IMG/VR virus record: IMGVR_UViG_3300037067_012889 | Coordinates: 256,001 to 320,000 of that record | Length of the DNA: 64,000 nucleotides | Direction: 5' to 3' (one strand) | Origin: a virus | Lineage: Duplodnaviria > Caudoviricetes | Part shown: piece after piece, positions 44,106 to 54,413 of the stretch | How positions within the stretch are numbered: position 1 is the stretch's first letter | Layout: each line of letters opens with the position of its first letter | Made by a program: the position numbers and the translations under genes | The notes under the pieces: generated by a model | Databases searched by the model: none | Seen by the model: only the letters and a program-made list of their open reading frames with translations | Told to the model about the DNA's origin: nothing

Positions 44106-45299
44106 TCATTTTGTTCGAAATTTATTTACATCTAAATATATTCCACACGGTTTCCATTGACACCAGCTTTTACCGATATTAATACGTACCGGAAATACTG
44201 GATCAGAATCTAATATTCCAGAAAACGGCCTACACATAATGTTGGCAACTTCCCGTATTGTCGATTTTAATACATTTTTACTACAAGCAAGTGTTATAGA
44301 GTCGTGTGTTTCAGCCAGCAATCTATAATCTGATTCCCAGACCTTTCTAATAACTATTTGCATCGCGTGTGCTATAGATCCCTGCATTGTCGCATTGAAA
44401 GCAGACCGTGGCTTTTCAGCATTAAAAAATTCCCTACCTAGAATGCTAAAAATTGGCTCTCCATTATCCATCTTCTCTTTCTGAATAATTATCCATTCAC
44501 GCAGCTCTGGGAACATTTGAAGTATCGGATGATCAATGTCAATTGCATTAATAGCACGCAGCAGCATGACCTTACAATCTTTTCTGGGCACTTCAAGTTT
44601 TTCAGATATCTTCATATATGGATCGTGATTTATTGATATATCATTCAATTCTTTATCACCACTCAATATTGCAGCGATACGTATATCTGCCGCTCTCCAA
44701 TCGAAATTAACAAACAAATCAGATTGATCGCCGTGCGGATCTGATATAAAATCACTTGCCGATGTGCCTTGAAGATTAAAACCGGTATTCTTGCTTCTTC
44801 CACTGACTGTTCGATGTGTCCACTTAGGAAATTTGTGCAGACCTCCAACTAATATGCCCTGTCGTTCAAGACTCTCATAAACAACAGAAGCATTAGCAGC
44901 TATATTATGCCATATTTTAATTTTCTGACTTTGCAACTCAGCAAGCATGCTATTGATTACAAGCGACGCCTCCTCTAATGTAGTGGACGTCGTTTTAGGA
45001 AATGGTAAGAAGACGTCGCATATATTTAATCGCTCCTTAGGAAGCGAAAAGTTGAAGCCAGTCAATACAGATTTAAAGTCGTTTGTAACGATCGTTTTAT
45101 CGCACAACAACGACCGTTCAATCCATTGGCATATCTTACCAGATGATCGGTGGATATCATATATTGACTTGCCGGTACCAGAGATATAAAGTGGTATTAT
45201 TACGTCTTTACCCGATGTCCTAATACCGGCTACTAATGGTCTTAGTTTCTTATCAAATAATGCACAAAAATAGCTGATAGAATCATTAACTAAGACCAT
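44106..45299 (-). CDS. truncated family A DNA polymerase-like protein
   Basis: TVSGRS...GFNLQ, motif A NFDWRAADIR.AA.LSGD, DPY, R.DCK, AFNA.MQGSIA and motif C ETHDSI; only 397 aa. Confidence 0.75.
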   Translation of the reverse strand: MVLVNDSISYFCALFDKKLRPLVAGIRTSGKDVIIPLYISGTGKSIYDIHRSSGKICQWIERSLLCDKTIVTNDFKSVLTGFNFSLPKERLNICDVFLPFPKTTSTTLEEASLVINSMLAELQSQKIKIWHNIAANASVVYESLERQGILVGGLHKFPKWTHRTVSGRSKNTGFNLQGTSASDFISDPHGDQSDLFVNFDWRAADIRIAAILSGDKELNDISINHDPYMKISEKLEVPRKDCKVMLLRAINAIDIDHPILQMFPELREWIIIQKEKMDNGEPIFSILGREFFNAEKPRSAFNATMQGSIAHAMQIVIRKVWESDYRLLAETHDSITLACSKNVLKSTIREVANIMCRPFSGILDSDPVFPVRINIGKSWCQWKPCGIYLDVNKFRTK

Positions 45300-45301
45300 T
45301 A

Positions 45302-45709
45302 TTATGTTAAGAAATGCTTCTGCTTTGATGGTTTCTTACTACCTGCACGAAGCTTGTCAACCAACTCTGCTTTTTCTCCGGCTGGTCGCATATATCCGTA
45401 TGGATCATTATTCTGCAACTGGTGCAATGCCATATCACGTTGTAGTGCGCCGGCATTCTTCTTCTTAAATTCGCGCCAGTCACCACCACGAATAAATGTA
45501 CTCTGCGTCGTTTCTAACAGAGTAATCTTCGTGTTGTACCCTTCACACAGAGGACATTGTGTTGCTTGCTTCAATTCTTCTTCAGTTGGAAACATACTGT
45601 GTGAAGTTTCAAACAGCAACACGGTTTGCTCTTCGTCGGTCAAAGACCTACCAAGCTTCACTTCACCAGCAGATATACAGTCCGTGCAGATATAGTTATA
45701 TCGCGGCAT
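45302..45709 (-). CDS. FmdB-like zinc-ribbon protein
   Basis: MPRYNYICTDC...FE...CPLCEG. Confidence 0.65.
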   Translation of the reverse strand: MPRYNYICTDCISAGEVKLGRSLTDEEQTVLLFETSHSMFPTEEELKQATQCPLCEGYNTKITLLETTQSTFIRGGDWREFKKKNAGALQRDMALHQLQNNDPYGYMRPAGEKAELVDKLRAGSKKPSKQKHFLT

Positions 45710-45717
45710 TATCGCAC

Positions 45718-46128
45718 TTATTCCTTGGCTTTATCAACACCTACGATATAAACAACATCACCAGCATCACCAGGTACTCCAGCCTGTATGTTGCTATATC
45801 GAACCAAAACAATACGTACGCTGCCGTATGTCGGATACAAATTATCCAAGTTACACATCGCTGGTTTCGTCGCAAATTTGACGATAGAACCAATTGGGAA
45901 TGCATTGCTCATCTCTTCATCGACGAGTGGCCCAATACCAACGATGATGCCAATAGTTGGTTCTTCTTCTATAGTGATGATTGCTGACGTTTTCTGCGAC
46001 AAAATCGGAGCGATTGCCACATAATCGTTTGCAACACGGATCGGCGTCACCTGATAGACACCATTTTTAGGTTTGATGAATTCGACTGTATTCTCAAACG
46101 ATCTTCCCAATAAAGCATTTTCAGACAT
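45718..46128 (-). CDS. co-chaperonin GroES/Cpn10-like (gp31-like)
   Basis: IRVANDYVAI...GIIVGIGP...IGSIVKF...LVRYSNI matches the Cpn10 pattern. Confidence 0.6.
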   Translation of the reverse strand: MSENALLGRSFENTVEFIKPKNGVYQVTPIRVANDYVAIAPILSQKTSAIITIEEEPTIGIIVGIGPLVDEEMSNAFPIGSIVKFATKPAMCNLDNLYPTYGSVRIVLVRYSNIQAGVPGDAGDVVYIVGVDKAKE

Positions 46129-46147
46129 GATGTTCTCTAATTAAAGG

Positions 46148-47560
46148 TTATTCTATCTCAGCCATGCCCATTCTACCATAAAATACATTGGCTGTGACGG
46201 AGACAAATTTTGGTCCATTACGATTCTTAGCTATCCAAAATCTAATTATAGACGGGATGTCTTTCTCAGCATCACCTATTTTATACTCATCCTCAGTTTG
46301 ATTTAAACTTACCACATAATCAACTGGCATAGCCTTGCCGAAACTCTCTGCCGCTTTATCTAAGTCGATATGCGCCTGCACGGCCTGTGCACCAGGCGCA
46401 GCATTACCGGCATTGCCATTTTTCACACCACCACGATTCGTCTGTGTCGCAGAATAAACAAGCACATTTTCATTCTTCGCCAAACCACGCATTTCAGTAG
46501 CTACACTTTTTTGTCTTGTGTAATCACCATCATTATTATAACTATGGCGGCTTTGCATCAATTCCAAATAATCAAGAACAACTACCTTAGGTATCCAGCC
46601 TTTAATTTTTCGGTTTGTCTCGATAATGCCATAAATGTTATTAACACTACATTCATCTGGCGGTAACTCATAAATAACGAAATCACCGACTTTACCTTTG
46701 TCGGCCTTGATAATACCTCGTACAGCAGACTGTGTACTACGAATCGATTCTTGATCAGCTTCTGATAACTTATCAATATTGGCTCGTGCGAATTTTCGAA
46801 TAGCTTTTTTAGACATACAACTCGCTAAGCGTATCGCCGTCTTATATGCAGAAAGCTCAAACGTCACAAACAAGACATTATGACCTTGCAACATAGCAGC
46901 ATGTGCCATGTTAATTAATGTCAACGTCTTACCAACACCTGTCGGGGCTAAGACTATAAGAACTTCTCCGGGTGATGGGCCACCTTCATTTAATGGAGCA
47001 TCAAGACCTGGAAATCCGGTGCTAATATGCTCTATCGCAGTATCGGCGAAGATCTCATCTATCTGATCGAAAAACCAAAACCCTTGATTACCAATCGTAT
47101 TGATGCTAGAAGCAGAATCAACAATCTTACGTAAAAACTCATGATCACCTCGTTGATGTGCTGCGATAGCATCGTCAGAATACAATTGTGCATATGATTG
47201 ATGCTCTACCCAATCGCGTAACGTTTGCCGTAATATCGGCGCTTCTCTAGGATTCGATTGTCTATCGACAACACTCAATATTTCTTCATATGGATCGTCA
47301 ACAGTCAGTTGTTTCGCAAGACGATCATGCAGCAATGGGCGAGATGGTATCACACCGAATTTGTCAAAATCTTGTTTTAATGCCGCTACGACATACTTTA
47401 CTTCTGGCCTTGTAAATAAATCTGCAGTAATAAATTTCGATGTAGGAATATATAATTCTGGAAAATCTAGAATTAACGATATGATACCAGCTTCCATATT
47501 TGGGCCAAATGGCGAATCGACAGAACTAGATTCTTGTTCTGTCTGCAGAGCCTCGATCAT
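46148..47560 (-). CDS. replicative DNA helicase (DnaB / T4 gp41-like)
   Basis: ISTGFPGLD, LAPTGVGKT, VTFELS, VVLDYLELM, SATQTNR and AKNRNGP motifs. Confidence 0.9.
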   Translation of the reverse strand: MIEALQTEQESSSVDSPFGPNMEAGIISLILDFPELYIPTSKFITADLFTRPEVKYVVAALKQDFDKFGVIPSRPLLHDRLAKQLTVDDPYEEILSVVDRQSNPREAPILRQTLRDWVEHQSYAQLYSDDAIAAHQRGDHEFLRKIVDSASSINTIGNQGFWFFDQIDEIFADTAIEHISTGFPGLDAPLNEGGPSPGEVLIVLAPTGVGKTLTLINMAHAAMLQGHNVLFVTFELSAYKTAIRLASCMSKKAIRKFARANIDKLSEADQESIRSTQSAVRGIIKADKGKVGDFVIYELPPDECSVNNIYGIIETNRKIKGWIPKVVVLDYLELMQSRHSYNNDGDYTRQKSVATEMRGLAKNENVLVYSATQTNRGGVKNGNAGNAAPGAQAVQAHIDLDKAAESFGKAMPVDYVVSLNQTEDEYKIGDAEKDIPSIIRFWIAKNRNGPKFVSVTANVFYGRMGMAEIE

Positions 47561-47877
47561 TAGGTCAATCCTTGGTATAAACGCTGTAGAGCGGCTAGCT
47601 GGTTTTGTAAGCTTGCAATACAGATCGCTATTGCTGTTCTGTAATCGATCAAATCGTCCTCATAGAATTTAATCGGTAGAACTCGTTGACCTGTTATCCT
47701 ATCACCTATAGTCTGGACAGTCGATGGTTGCTTAAGATGCATAGCCAACGTATATTCTAGCTTTCCCGTTGGCTGATAGCTCATACTTTTAATATTATAA
47801 GCTTCCAGAAACCCAAGAGCCGCAGATTCTCTTAAATATACTGCCTGACCAATATCATAAAGCGGTGCTTTAGCCAT
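47560..47877 (-). CDS. hypothetical protein
   Basis: 105 aa, coupled between recA and the helicase. Confidence 0.65.
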   Translation of the reverse strand: MAKAPLYDIGQAVYLRESAALGFLEAYNIKSMSYQPTGKLEYTLAMHLKQPSTVQTIGDRITGQRVLPIKFYEDDLIDYRTAIAICIASLQNQLAALQRLYQGLT

Positions 47878-49007
47878 TACTCTACCTCATCGAATGTTTC
47901 TTCTTCTTCCGTATCTTTGGTAGAGCTATCAGCGGGCGCAAGATCGGAAATTTGACCAACTTCCATCAATTTATAGGTCTCATCGGAGATAAGACCAAAT
48001 AACTCTGGATCGGCCCCTAATGTCGTAATCAATTTTTCTTTTCCTATCGCAATCTTACGATCACCGAAATAATAATTAGAGCCCTTTTGCGTTATCACCT
48101 TCATATCAATGGCACAATCGATCAATGACGACATCTTGTTAAATCCATATATGCCAGTAGTACCAAAATGGATTTCAAGTGCTACAGAGCGAAATGGCGG
48201 TGCTACTTTATTCTTAGCAATCTTTATTTTAGTCTTTACGCCATAAGGCCGATCTTTCTCGCGTAATGTCTCGGCTCTACGAATTTCCAATCTGACAGAG
48301 GAATAGAACTTCAGTGCTCTGCCACCGGGAGTGGTCTCAGGATGCACATAACTTGGTCCTAGTTGGCCAATCTTATCTCGCAGCTGATTGATAAATAGTA
48401 CAGTAGTGCCAGTCCTGAGACATTTGCCCGCTATCTTGCGCAGGCCCTTTGACATCAACCTGGCCTGTGCACCTATTTGTTTATCACCTATATCTCCGTC
48501 CAACTCTTCCTGTGGTACTAGTGCTGCAACACTATCGACTACAACAAGACCGATTATCCCGGAATTTACAAGTGCTTGAACAATGTCAAAGGCTTGTTCA
48601 CCACTGTCTGGCTGCGACAATAACCATTTCTTGACATCGACACCAATACGCGTGGCCCAATCATAATCCAATGAATGCTCAGCATCTACATAAGCAACCA
48701 ATTTGCCGTTCTGCTGAAAGCTCGCTACTATTTGTAGGGCGAGTGTAGTCTTTCCACTAGATTCCGCACCATATGCTTCTATAATTCTACCCTCTGGCAA
48801 GCCACGGCAACCGAGGGCGAAATCTAGACTTACCAAGCCAGTAGACGTCGATTTTGTTGGTTTGATAGTTTCTTCGCCGCCCCAGTGAATAGAATCACCG
48901 AATTTTTTCTCCAAATCTGACATCATGTCATCGAAACTAATCATTTGGCCAGATTCATCTGCTGCGACTTGGGCGTCCGACTTCACAGTTGGTCTCTTCT
49001 TCGCCAT
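47877..49007 (-). CDS. recA: recombinase RecA
   Basis: STG..SLD.ALG..GLP.GRIIE.YG.ESSGKTT, DAEH, SQPDSGEQA, VVDSVAALVP, QARLMSKGLRK, FINQLR, ETTPGGRALKFYSSVR and KNKVAPPFR motifs. Confidence 0.97.
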   Translation of the reverse strand: MAKKRPTVKSDAQVAADESGQMISFDDMMSDLEKKFGDSIHWGGEETIKPTKSTSTGLVSLDFALGCRGLPEGRIIEAYGAESSGKTTLALQIVASFQQNGKLVAYVDAEHSLDYDWATRIGVDVKKWLLSQPDSGEQAFDIVQALVNSGIIGLVVVDSVAALVPQEELDGDIGDKQIGAQARLMSKGLRKIAGKCLRTGTTVLFINQLRDKIGQLGPSYVHPETTPGGRALKFYSSVRLEIRRAETLREKDRPYGVKTKIKIAKNKVAPPFRSVALEIHFGTTGIYGFNKMSSLIDCAIDMKVITQKGSNYYFGDRKIAIGKEKLITTLGADPELFGLISDETYKLMEVGQISDLAPADSSTKDTEEEETFDEVE

Positions 49008-49300
49008 TATTTCTTTTTGCCTTTATAACAGATGTTCGTCAAGCAATCTATTACTTGTTGACGGTCGTTTGTGCAAACCTTTCGAATATCACCCAATGGA
49101 ATACGGATAAGAGTTTCGTCTTTGGCCAGTAGAGCATCACCATCGATCATACCCACTACACTCCATCTACCGTGAGGACTTGGCGCAAAACCAGGCTTGG
49201 TAGATAAATATTTCACTCTTTTGACAGTCAATAATTCTACTTGATCAAGCTGTCGAATTATTGGCCTTGGTTCTTCTGGTATGTAATTGGGACTATACAT
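49007..49300 (-). CDS. hypothetical protein
   Basis: 97 aa, coupled to recA. Confidence 0.6.
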   Translation of the reverse strand: MYSPNYIPEEPRPIIRQLDQVELLTVKRVKYLSTKPGFAPSPHGRWSVVGMIDGDALLAKDETLIRIPLGDIRKVCTNDRQQVIDCLTNICYKGKKK

Positions 49301-49336
49301 TTGTCATCCGAGCAAAGATTTATATAGGAGAATGTC

Positions 49337-49780
49337 ATGAACAACAATGAAATGCTGTTGACTGAAGCCGTCCAAACATATTTACAGCACAAAGTCAAAC
49401 TAGGGCTGCAAGATCCACCGAAGGAATTGGCAGATGCCGATGCCAAATCCTTGCAATTCATGCACGAGCAGATAAATGATCTGTTCGAAGTCAAAGCAGT
49501 TGATCTGGTATGTTTTGAAGGTGCATGTAGGGCATTTCGAAAAGTTCATAACTACAAATATATTACCGATCCATTGTTCGAAAAAGCCTTGACACAAGAA
49601 ATGATCAGTCAGGGTGTGTTAGGTGCAGAACAAGAAAAGGTAATAGGCATCATTGATACTATAAAAGAAGAAGTTAGTGTTGGTGACGGATGGTGTGAAC
49701 AAGATGCCGGATATCATCCAGATCTAAAGGGAATTATTGCTGTTAGCAAGCCAGGGCAATCTCCGGGCAGTATAGAATGA
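49337..49780 (+). CDS. hypothetical protein with N-terminal LLTE motif
   Basis: AGGAG SD; starts MNNNEMLLTEA. Confidence 0.65.
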   Translation: MNNNEMLLTEAVQTYLQHKVKLGLQDPPKELADADAKSLQFMHEQINDLFEVKAVDLVCFEGACRAFRKVHNYKYITDPLFEKALTQEMISQGVLGAEQEKVIGIIDTIKEEVSVGDGWCEQDAGYHPDLKGIIAVSKPGQSPGSIE

Positions 49781-50031
49781 AATTATTGACATTAAGTGAA
49801 GGCGATCTTCTTAAAGCCCTGACACACGCCACCGGTGCCCAATATAGTCGTAAATCATTGCTAAGCATGAGCGCGGACGATATTAAAACAAGAGCAGATA
49901 ATGGCCAAGACGCTGGCTCAAGGGTTTCTGGTTTCACATCTCAAGCGACAGGTGTACCAATAAAGCCAAGGCATCGTAAGTTCTTGGGTGTCTCGACACG
50001 ACAATTTAGCTTATCGCCGCCCGGTCTATAA
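49777..50031 (+). CDS. hypothetical protein with N-terminal LSE motif
   Basis: Starts MKLLTLSEG; ATGA overlap with the upstream gene. Confidence 0.6.
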   Translation: MKLLTLSEGDLLKALTHATGAQYSRKSLLSMSADDIKTRADNGQDAGSRVSGFTSQATGVPIKPRHRKFLGVSTRQFSLSPPGL

Positions 50032-50157
50032 CTACCATTTTATGAATGTTATAGTTCCGATTCTAAATAAACGCCTAGGTGGATTTGCGGTAGCATACTG
50101 AAAATATGCGTCGTTTGTAATATTCCATCCAAATAACGAATAATAGAATGTTTTCAT
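50032..50157 (-). CDS. possible 41-aa peptide (MKTFYYSLFGW...)
   Basis: Read by hand; exactly fills the gap and starts one nt after the upstream stop. Confidence 0.35.
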   Translation of the reverse strand: MKTFYYSLFGWNITNDAYFQYATANPPRRLFRIGTITFIKW

Positions 50158-50158
50158 A

Positions 50159-50968
50159 TTAAGCTAGGCCAGAGCCTCCACATTTAGGACATGCGATTGT
50201 TTCCGTCTGGCTCTTCTTAATTTGCCCTTCACCATTACACATAACACAACGATGTAAGTCGTATCCATCTACAAAAGAATGATCCTCAGATGCTTGCCGC
50301 TTAAACCTACGCTGCAAGTCGGCATCAGTCATAGTTTTTGCAATTCTGACTCTAGTAGTACCGAGACCATCCTGTCTAATCGATGGAATTGCTAATGGAG
50401 TACCATGTCTACCCTCAGCAAGCTCCATCTTAACTAGGCCATCTCGTGCACCATCGGGTAATTTGTCGCTGAGATCATTTGGATTGTAAGCATCATGCCC
50501 CTCGACACCGCGTCCGTCAACTGATCCAGATAAACCAGAAACACGCCTCTGCATGACATTATCAACTTCGGATGCGGGTAATATACCCTCGGCTCTACCA
50601 CCACGCAATTCTGCGATTTGCGATTCAACGATTGGCTTGGTAGTCGTCGCAGTTGGTTGTTGTTGTGCTTTCGCAACCATGATACTACCCTGTGGCGCAA
50701 CTACCATACCAAGTTCAGCTGCTTGCTTTAGAAATTCCGCCATCCTAGCATCATAATCAGTCTTCCACTTTAAATAAGCTACTTTAGCCGCCTTAGGAGT
50801 TATGTCATCTGCGTGTTCAGAACAAACCTTCACAGTAATTTTTTGATCATCTATCGTTATTGTAAGTTCTGTTTCCAAATCCTTATCAGATCCACATATA
50901 ATACAATTGTTGTTTTGCATTGTCTTGTCTCTGTCATCTTCCCACGAATGCGGTCTGTGCATAGTCAT
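50159..50968 (-). CDS. hypothetical protein with N-terminal zinc site and C-terminal DnaJ-type CxxCxGxG zinc finger
   Basis: CIICG...VCSEH; CVMCNGEG...CPKCGGSG. Confidence 0.65.
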   Translation of the reverse strand: MTMHRPHSWEDDRDKTMQNNNCIICGSDKDLETELTITIDDQKITVKVCSEHADDITPKAAKVAYLKWKTDYDARMAEFLKQAAELGMVVAPQGSIMVAKAQQQPTATTTKPIVESQIAELRGGRAEGILPASEVDNVMQRRVSGLSGSVDGRGVEGHDAYNPNDLSDKLPDGARDGLVKMELAEGRHGTPLAIPSIRQDGLGTTRVRIAKTMTDADLQRRFKRQASEDHSFVDGYDLHRCVMCNGEGQIKKSQTETIACPKCGGSGLA

Positions 50969-51019
50969 ACTCGTATTTAAATCCTATAATTAAATACACA
51001 ACAGAATGGAAAAATTATT

Positions 51020-51439
51020 ATGGCAAAAATTAACGTCATATCTGTAGATCTCGGAGACCCAGTAGAGCAAATTATTTCTGAGGACGTTCGGCAGCTCAGC
51101 GAAGAAACCATAGAAAACATCAAAGTCGCTGCACAGGAAAAAGCCAGAGGTCCGATAAGAAGCGATCCCGAATCACTAGCGACACAAGCAGCCTATGATC
51201 TGCTCTTCGCAGCAATACCAACTGGTGAACCTGTCGAGATTAATAAGTTATTAGAAGCATCTAGCCCAGCTGTCACAAATCCATCGTCATTGATGATGAG
51301 GATGAAAGGTTTACTGCGGCAAAAAGGTAATGAATATGTACTAAGAAAAAGCATGCGCGATAAGAAACCAGTTTATCGCTTAATACCATATAATCTAGAG
51401 AATATCAAGGACGATCAATTGCAGCAAGACGCTTCATAA
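51020..51439 (+). CDS. hypothetical protein (possible winged-helix C-terminus)
   Basis: 139 aa; TAAATACAC upstream. Confidence 0.6.
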   Translation: MAKINVISVDLGDPVEQIISEDVRQLSEETIENIKVAAQEKARGPIRSDPESLATQAAYDLLFAAIPTGEPVEINKLLEASSPAVTNPSSLMMRMKGLLRQKGNEYVLRKSMRDKKPVYRLIPYNLENIKDDQLQQDAS

Positions 51440-52124
51440 GTTTGGCCAATATCTCTATCTGACGTTCATATGCAGATCTTCTAATTTGTTGTGTTAGATT
51501 TAATGGTGACGGATGCAATATAGCAAATACTTTAACGCCATATATATCGCTAGTAGTGATATTGCCCAAAGCCTGATCATAAGAATGTCCTGGGCATAGA
51601 CATCCAAAAGCTACAGCCCCCAATGTTACAATCAATTGTGGATTCATCAAGCCGATTTCCATCATCAAAAATGGCCGACATTTATCAATCGATAGCTGCG
51701 TAGGTTTTGTGTTATCTGTGGTATAACATCGCACAGCATTAGTAATATAGAAATCTTTTCTAGAAAGCCCATGCTTTTCTATCTCTTTGTCGAAATTCTT
51801 ACCGGAAGCACCGATAAATGGAGTTCCTTTAGTTATTTCGTCCCATCCAGGATTTTGTCCGACCACAAAAATCCTTGACGGAGTCATGGATGACAATACG
51901 TGTGGATCACGCGCGACATTATTTCTTTCAGCTTCCTTCCTACCGAGCTCGCATATGGTACAAGCTAAACATGTGTGATTGAGCTGGTTAAGCATCCGCA
52001 TTTTACGTTCAATTTGTGTTTCTTTTCCACCCATCATAGTACCAACATCCCAAGACGATATAATTTCTCGTTTTATAAATTTATTGTTCGATCCGCATCG
52101 CCAATCAAATGTGTTGCAATCCAT
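51405..52124 (-). CDS. uracil-DNA glycosylase, family 4
   Basis: C..C..C Fe-S Cys, VVGQNPG..E...GTPFIGASG, YITNAVRC, IVTLGAVA and ILHPSP motifs. Confidence 0.9.
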   Translation of the reverse strand: MDCNTFDWRCGSNNKFIKREIISSWDVGTMMGGKETQIERKMRMLNQLNHTCLACTICELGRKEAERNNVARDPHVLSSMTPSRIFVVGQNPGWDEITKGTPFIGASGKNFDKEIEKHGLSRKDFYITNAVRCYTTDNTKPTQLSIDKCRPFLMMEIGLMNPQLIVTLGAVAFGCLCPGHSYDQALGNITTSDIYGVKVFAILHPSPLNLTQQIRRSAYERQIEILAKLMKRLAAIDRP

Positions 52125-52151
52125 AGGTAAATAGAATACAAAGGATGTATT

Positions 52152-52628
52152 ATGCTGACTAAAGACAAACGAGGAATTCGGTGCGATCGATGCGGCTTAG
52201 ATATTGTAGAGAAGTTTTCATATTTTTCATTCGATATCCAAGAAGCCAATGTCATAAATAATACAATAACACTTAAACCATCGACAACATCTTTTGATAT
52301 TTGTCCTCGTTGTCTTGAAGAATTAAAAGCCGTCATAATTAAATCTTACAAGCCATATAGAATAATTAATAACAAATCGTGTCCGGGTGGAATATTTTGC
52401 GATCTAAGTGGTACGCATATGATCGGTACTTTCATATGCTATTACATATGTGTGTCGTCCGTAAATGTCGATATCAAAGCAAAACCGTCTACGCAGATTA
52501 CAGATGATAAATATGTAGAATTATGGGTTTGCACTAGTATGTTCATACAGTTAAAAAATCGAGCCGAAGAAATCCAAAATAGTAAGGAAAGCCAAGAATG
52601 GTCATCGCAAGCAATTCAAACAAAATAA
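52152..52628 (+). CDS. hypothetical zinc-binding protein
   Basis: CDRCG...DICPRC and a second CDLSG repeat. Confidence 0.6.
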   Translation: MLTKDKRGIRCDRCGLDIVEKFSYFSFDIQEANVINNTITLKPSTTSFDICPRCLEELKAVIIKSYKPYRIINNKSCPGGIFCDLSGTHMIGTFICYYICVSSVNVDIKAKPSTQITDDKYVELWVCTSMFIQLKNRAEEIQNSKESQEWSSQAIQTK

Positions 52629-53047
52629 TCCTATTACCAACTGAACATTCAACACAATTTCAACTGATTGACTTATTCGTCGCATTACCGACTCAAAAGC
52701 CGAACCCTATTTCTCACATGCAAGCGAGGCCGTTTGAATTCACATTAGATATGCCATCAAAATTCTCTGCTATGTGTCCTTTTTGCTGCGCTGGTTTTTA
52801 TGTTTCTGCGTGTGATATTATAGATAAATATGGGTATAAATTTGTCTGGTGCCCAGAATGTGGAGCAGGAAAAGAAGAGATGCCGGCACCACTCCCAATG
52901 TTTGTCGATCCCTTTGTCAATCCTTTCGATAGCAAACAACTAACTCGTTGCGAATTAGATGAAACCGTAACATCGATAGATAATGTAATCAACGATAATT
53001 CATTAACCGTCGCCCAAAAAATGTCGAGAAAAGAATGCGCGGAGTAA
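52598..53047 (+). CDS. hypothetical zinc-ribbon protein
   Basis: CPFC...CPECG. Confidence 0.6.
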   Translation: MVIASNSNKIILLPTEHSTQFQLIDLFVALPTQKPNPISHMQARPFEFTLDMPSKFSAMCPFCCAGFYVSACDIIDKYGYKFVWCPECGAGKEEMPAPLPMFVDPFVNPFDSKQLTRCELDETVTSIDNVINDNSLTVAQKMSRKECAE

Positions 53048-53952
53048 TTCTCGGTAGCGGAATTATTGGACTTCTTGCAAGAGAAATCCTAGGCGATGAA
53101 TGGTTAGTCATTCCATTTTCGCGATCTAGATTTTATAGTTTCCGCCCAGCTCTGGCCGATAATTTTATTATACGAGATGATCGTATAGATGATCTTATTG
53201 GACATTTTGGCGGCAAGATATCATTCATCTATAAAACGCTCTATTCAGTCGGAGGCAGTTTACTTCCACCAGATGATTGCCTTATTAATGCCTGGCTAAA
53301 TAAGACATTTGGACAAAACGTACCATCACAAGCATTGCCATGCATTAAATCGAGAGGCGATCATTTCATTTATGATATCAGAGTTAATCGCCTATATCAA
53401 GAATTACAAAATAAATATAACCAACGCTTAGTAGACAACAGCAAAAGAGGTTCAGTGTCAGAAATAGGCAACCATTATTTGATATGGGGAGGCCAAAGAA
53501 TTGATTTCGACCATATGGTTAGCACTATCCAACTATCTAAATTATTCGAGCTAACTAAATTACCACATGACAGGCTACCAACATCGCAGGTATGGTATTA
53601 CCACATCGAAACAAATAATTTGAACTTCGAAGGAGCAAATCAGGCGTTGGTTGTAGACGATTCAATTGATTTTTTTAAAGTAAGCAATATAGCAAAAAAT
53701 CGATATCTATTTTATTTCTTACGCGACATGCCAGTTCCAGGTCCATATTTTATGCAGTTTATGCAGCAGTTCGATTTAATCGATGGGACAACTATAGCAG
53801 AAGCAATACCAACTGGCAATAAACCAGATTTAACACAATTAGACAAGCTAGGCATTGAATGTATAGGTTCTATGGCTGAGCACGATTATTTCATGGATTT
53901 GGGTAGCTGTCTTGTTAAATTGCTGCGTAGAAAAACCATATTAACGTCCTAA
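53035..53952 (+). CDS. putative FAD/NAD-dependent oxidoreductase-fold protein
   Basis: N-terminal VILGSGIIGLLA Rossmann motif, FDHMVSTI.L, and C-terminal IGSMAEH.YFMD. Confidence 0.55.
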   Translation: MRGVILGSGIIGLLAREILGDEWLVIPFSRSRFYSFRPALADNFIIRDDRIDDLIGHFGGKISFIYKTLYSVGGSLLPPDDCLINAWLNKTFGQNVPSQALPCIKSRGDHFIYDIRVNRLYQELQNKYNQRLVDNSKRGSVSEIGNHYLIWGGQRIDFDHMVSTIQLSKLFELTKLPHDRLPTSQVWYYHIETNNLNFEGANQALVVDDSIDFFKVSNIAKNRYLFYFLRDMPVPGPYFMQFMQQFDLIDGTTIAEAIPTGNKPDLTQLDKLGIECIGSMAEHDYFMDLGSCLVKLLRRKTILTS

Positions 53953-54413
53953 CATTTTCTTACTACTGTCGGCGATTGGCATGGACCATAAATGACTCGC
54001 TGTGGCTTGATTACGAGACCATCTAATGCACGTTTCAGATCACATGGATCGATATTTATTTCGAGTTGTGCTATAGCTTCAGTAACAGCTTTAATAAGTG
54101 TCGATTGACATGATGGTGGAACAAACCCATATAATGGATCGCTCACAGATGGCGGCGTGCCGGTATCGTATATTGAAATCCATAGCCCATCATTGGCATT
54201 TATAATGTCCAGAGATGTCGGCAACTCCGCTTTATAATTTCCAGTTCCAACCGTACCAACTAAGACTTCTGGCATATCTACGAACACCGGAACAGCAGTG
54301 CTAACATCTTCAAGATTAGTACCATTCCACACTTGTGATAAATCATAATTATATGGAAGAAACTTGACATTCGTAAGACCAGAAATGCCAAGATTTATGA
54401 TGATTGTGGCCAT
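53949..54413 (-). CDS. hypothetical structural protein
   Basis: 154 aa, coupled to the collagen fibre operon. Confidence 0.6.
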   Translation of the reverse strand: MATIIINLGISGLTNVKFLPYNYDLSQVWNGTNLEDVSTAVPVFVDMPEVLVGTVGTGNYKAELPTSLDIINANDGLWISIYDTGTPPSVSDPLYGFVPPSCQSTLIKAVTEAIAQLEINIDPCDLKRALDGLVIKPQRVIYGPCQSPTVVRKC

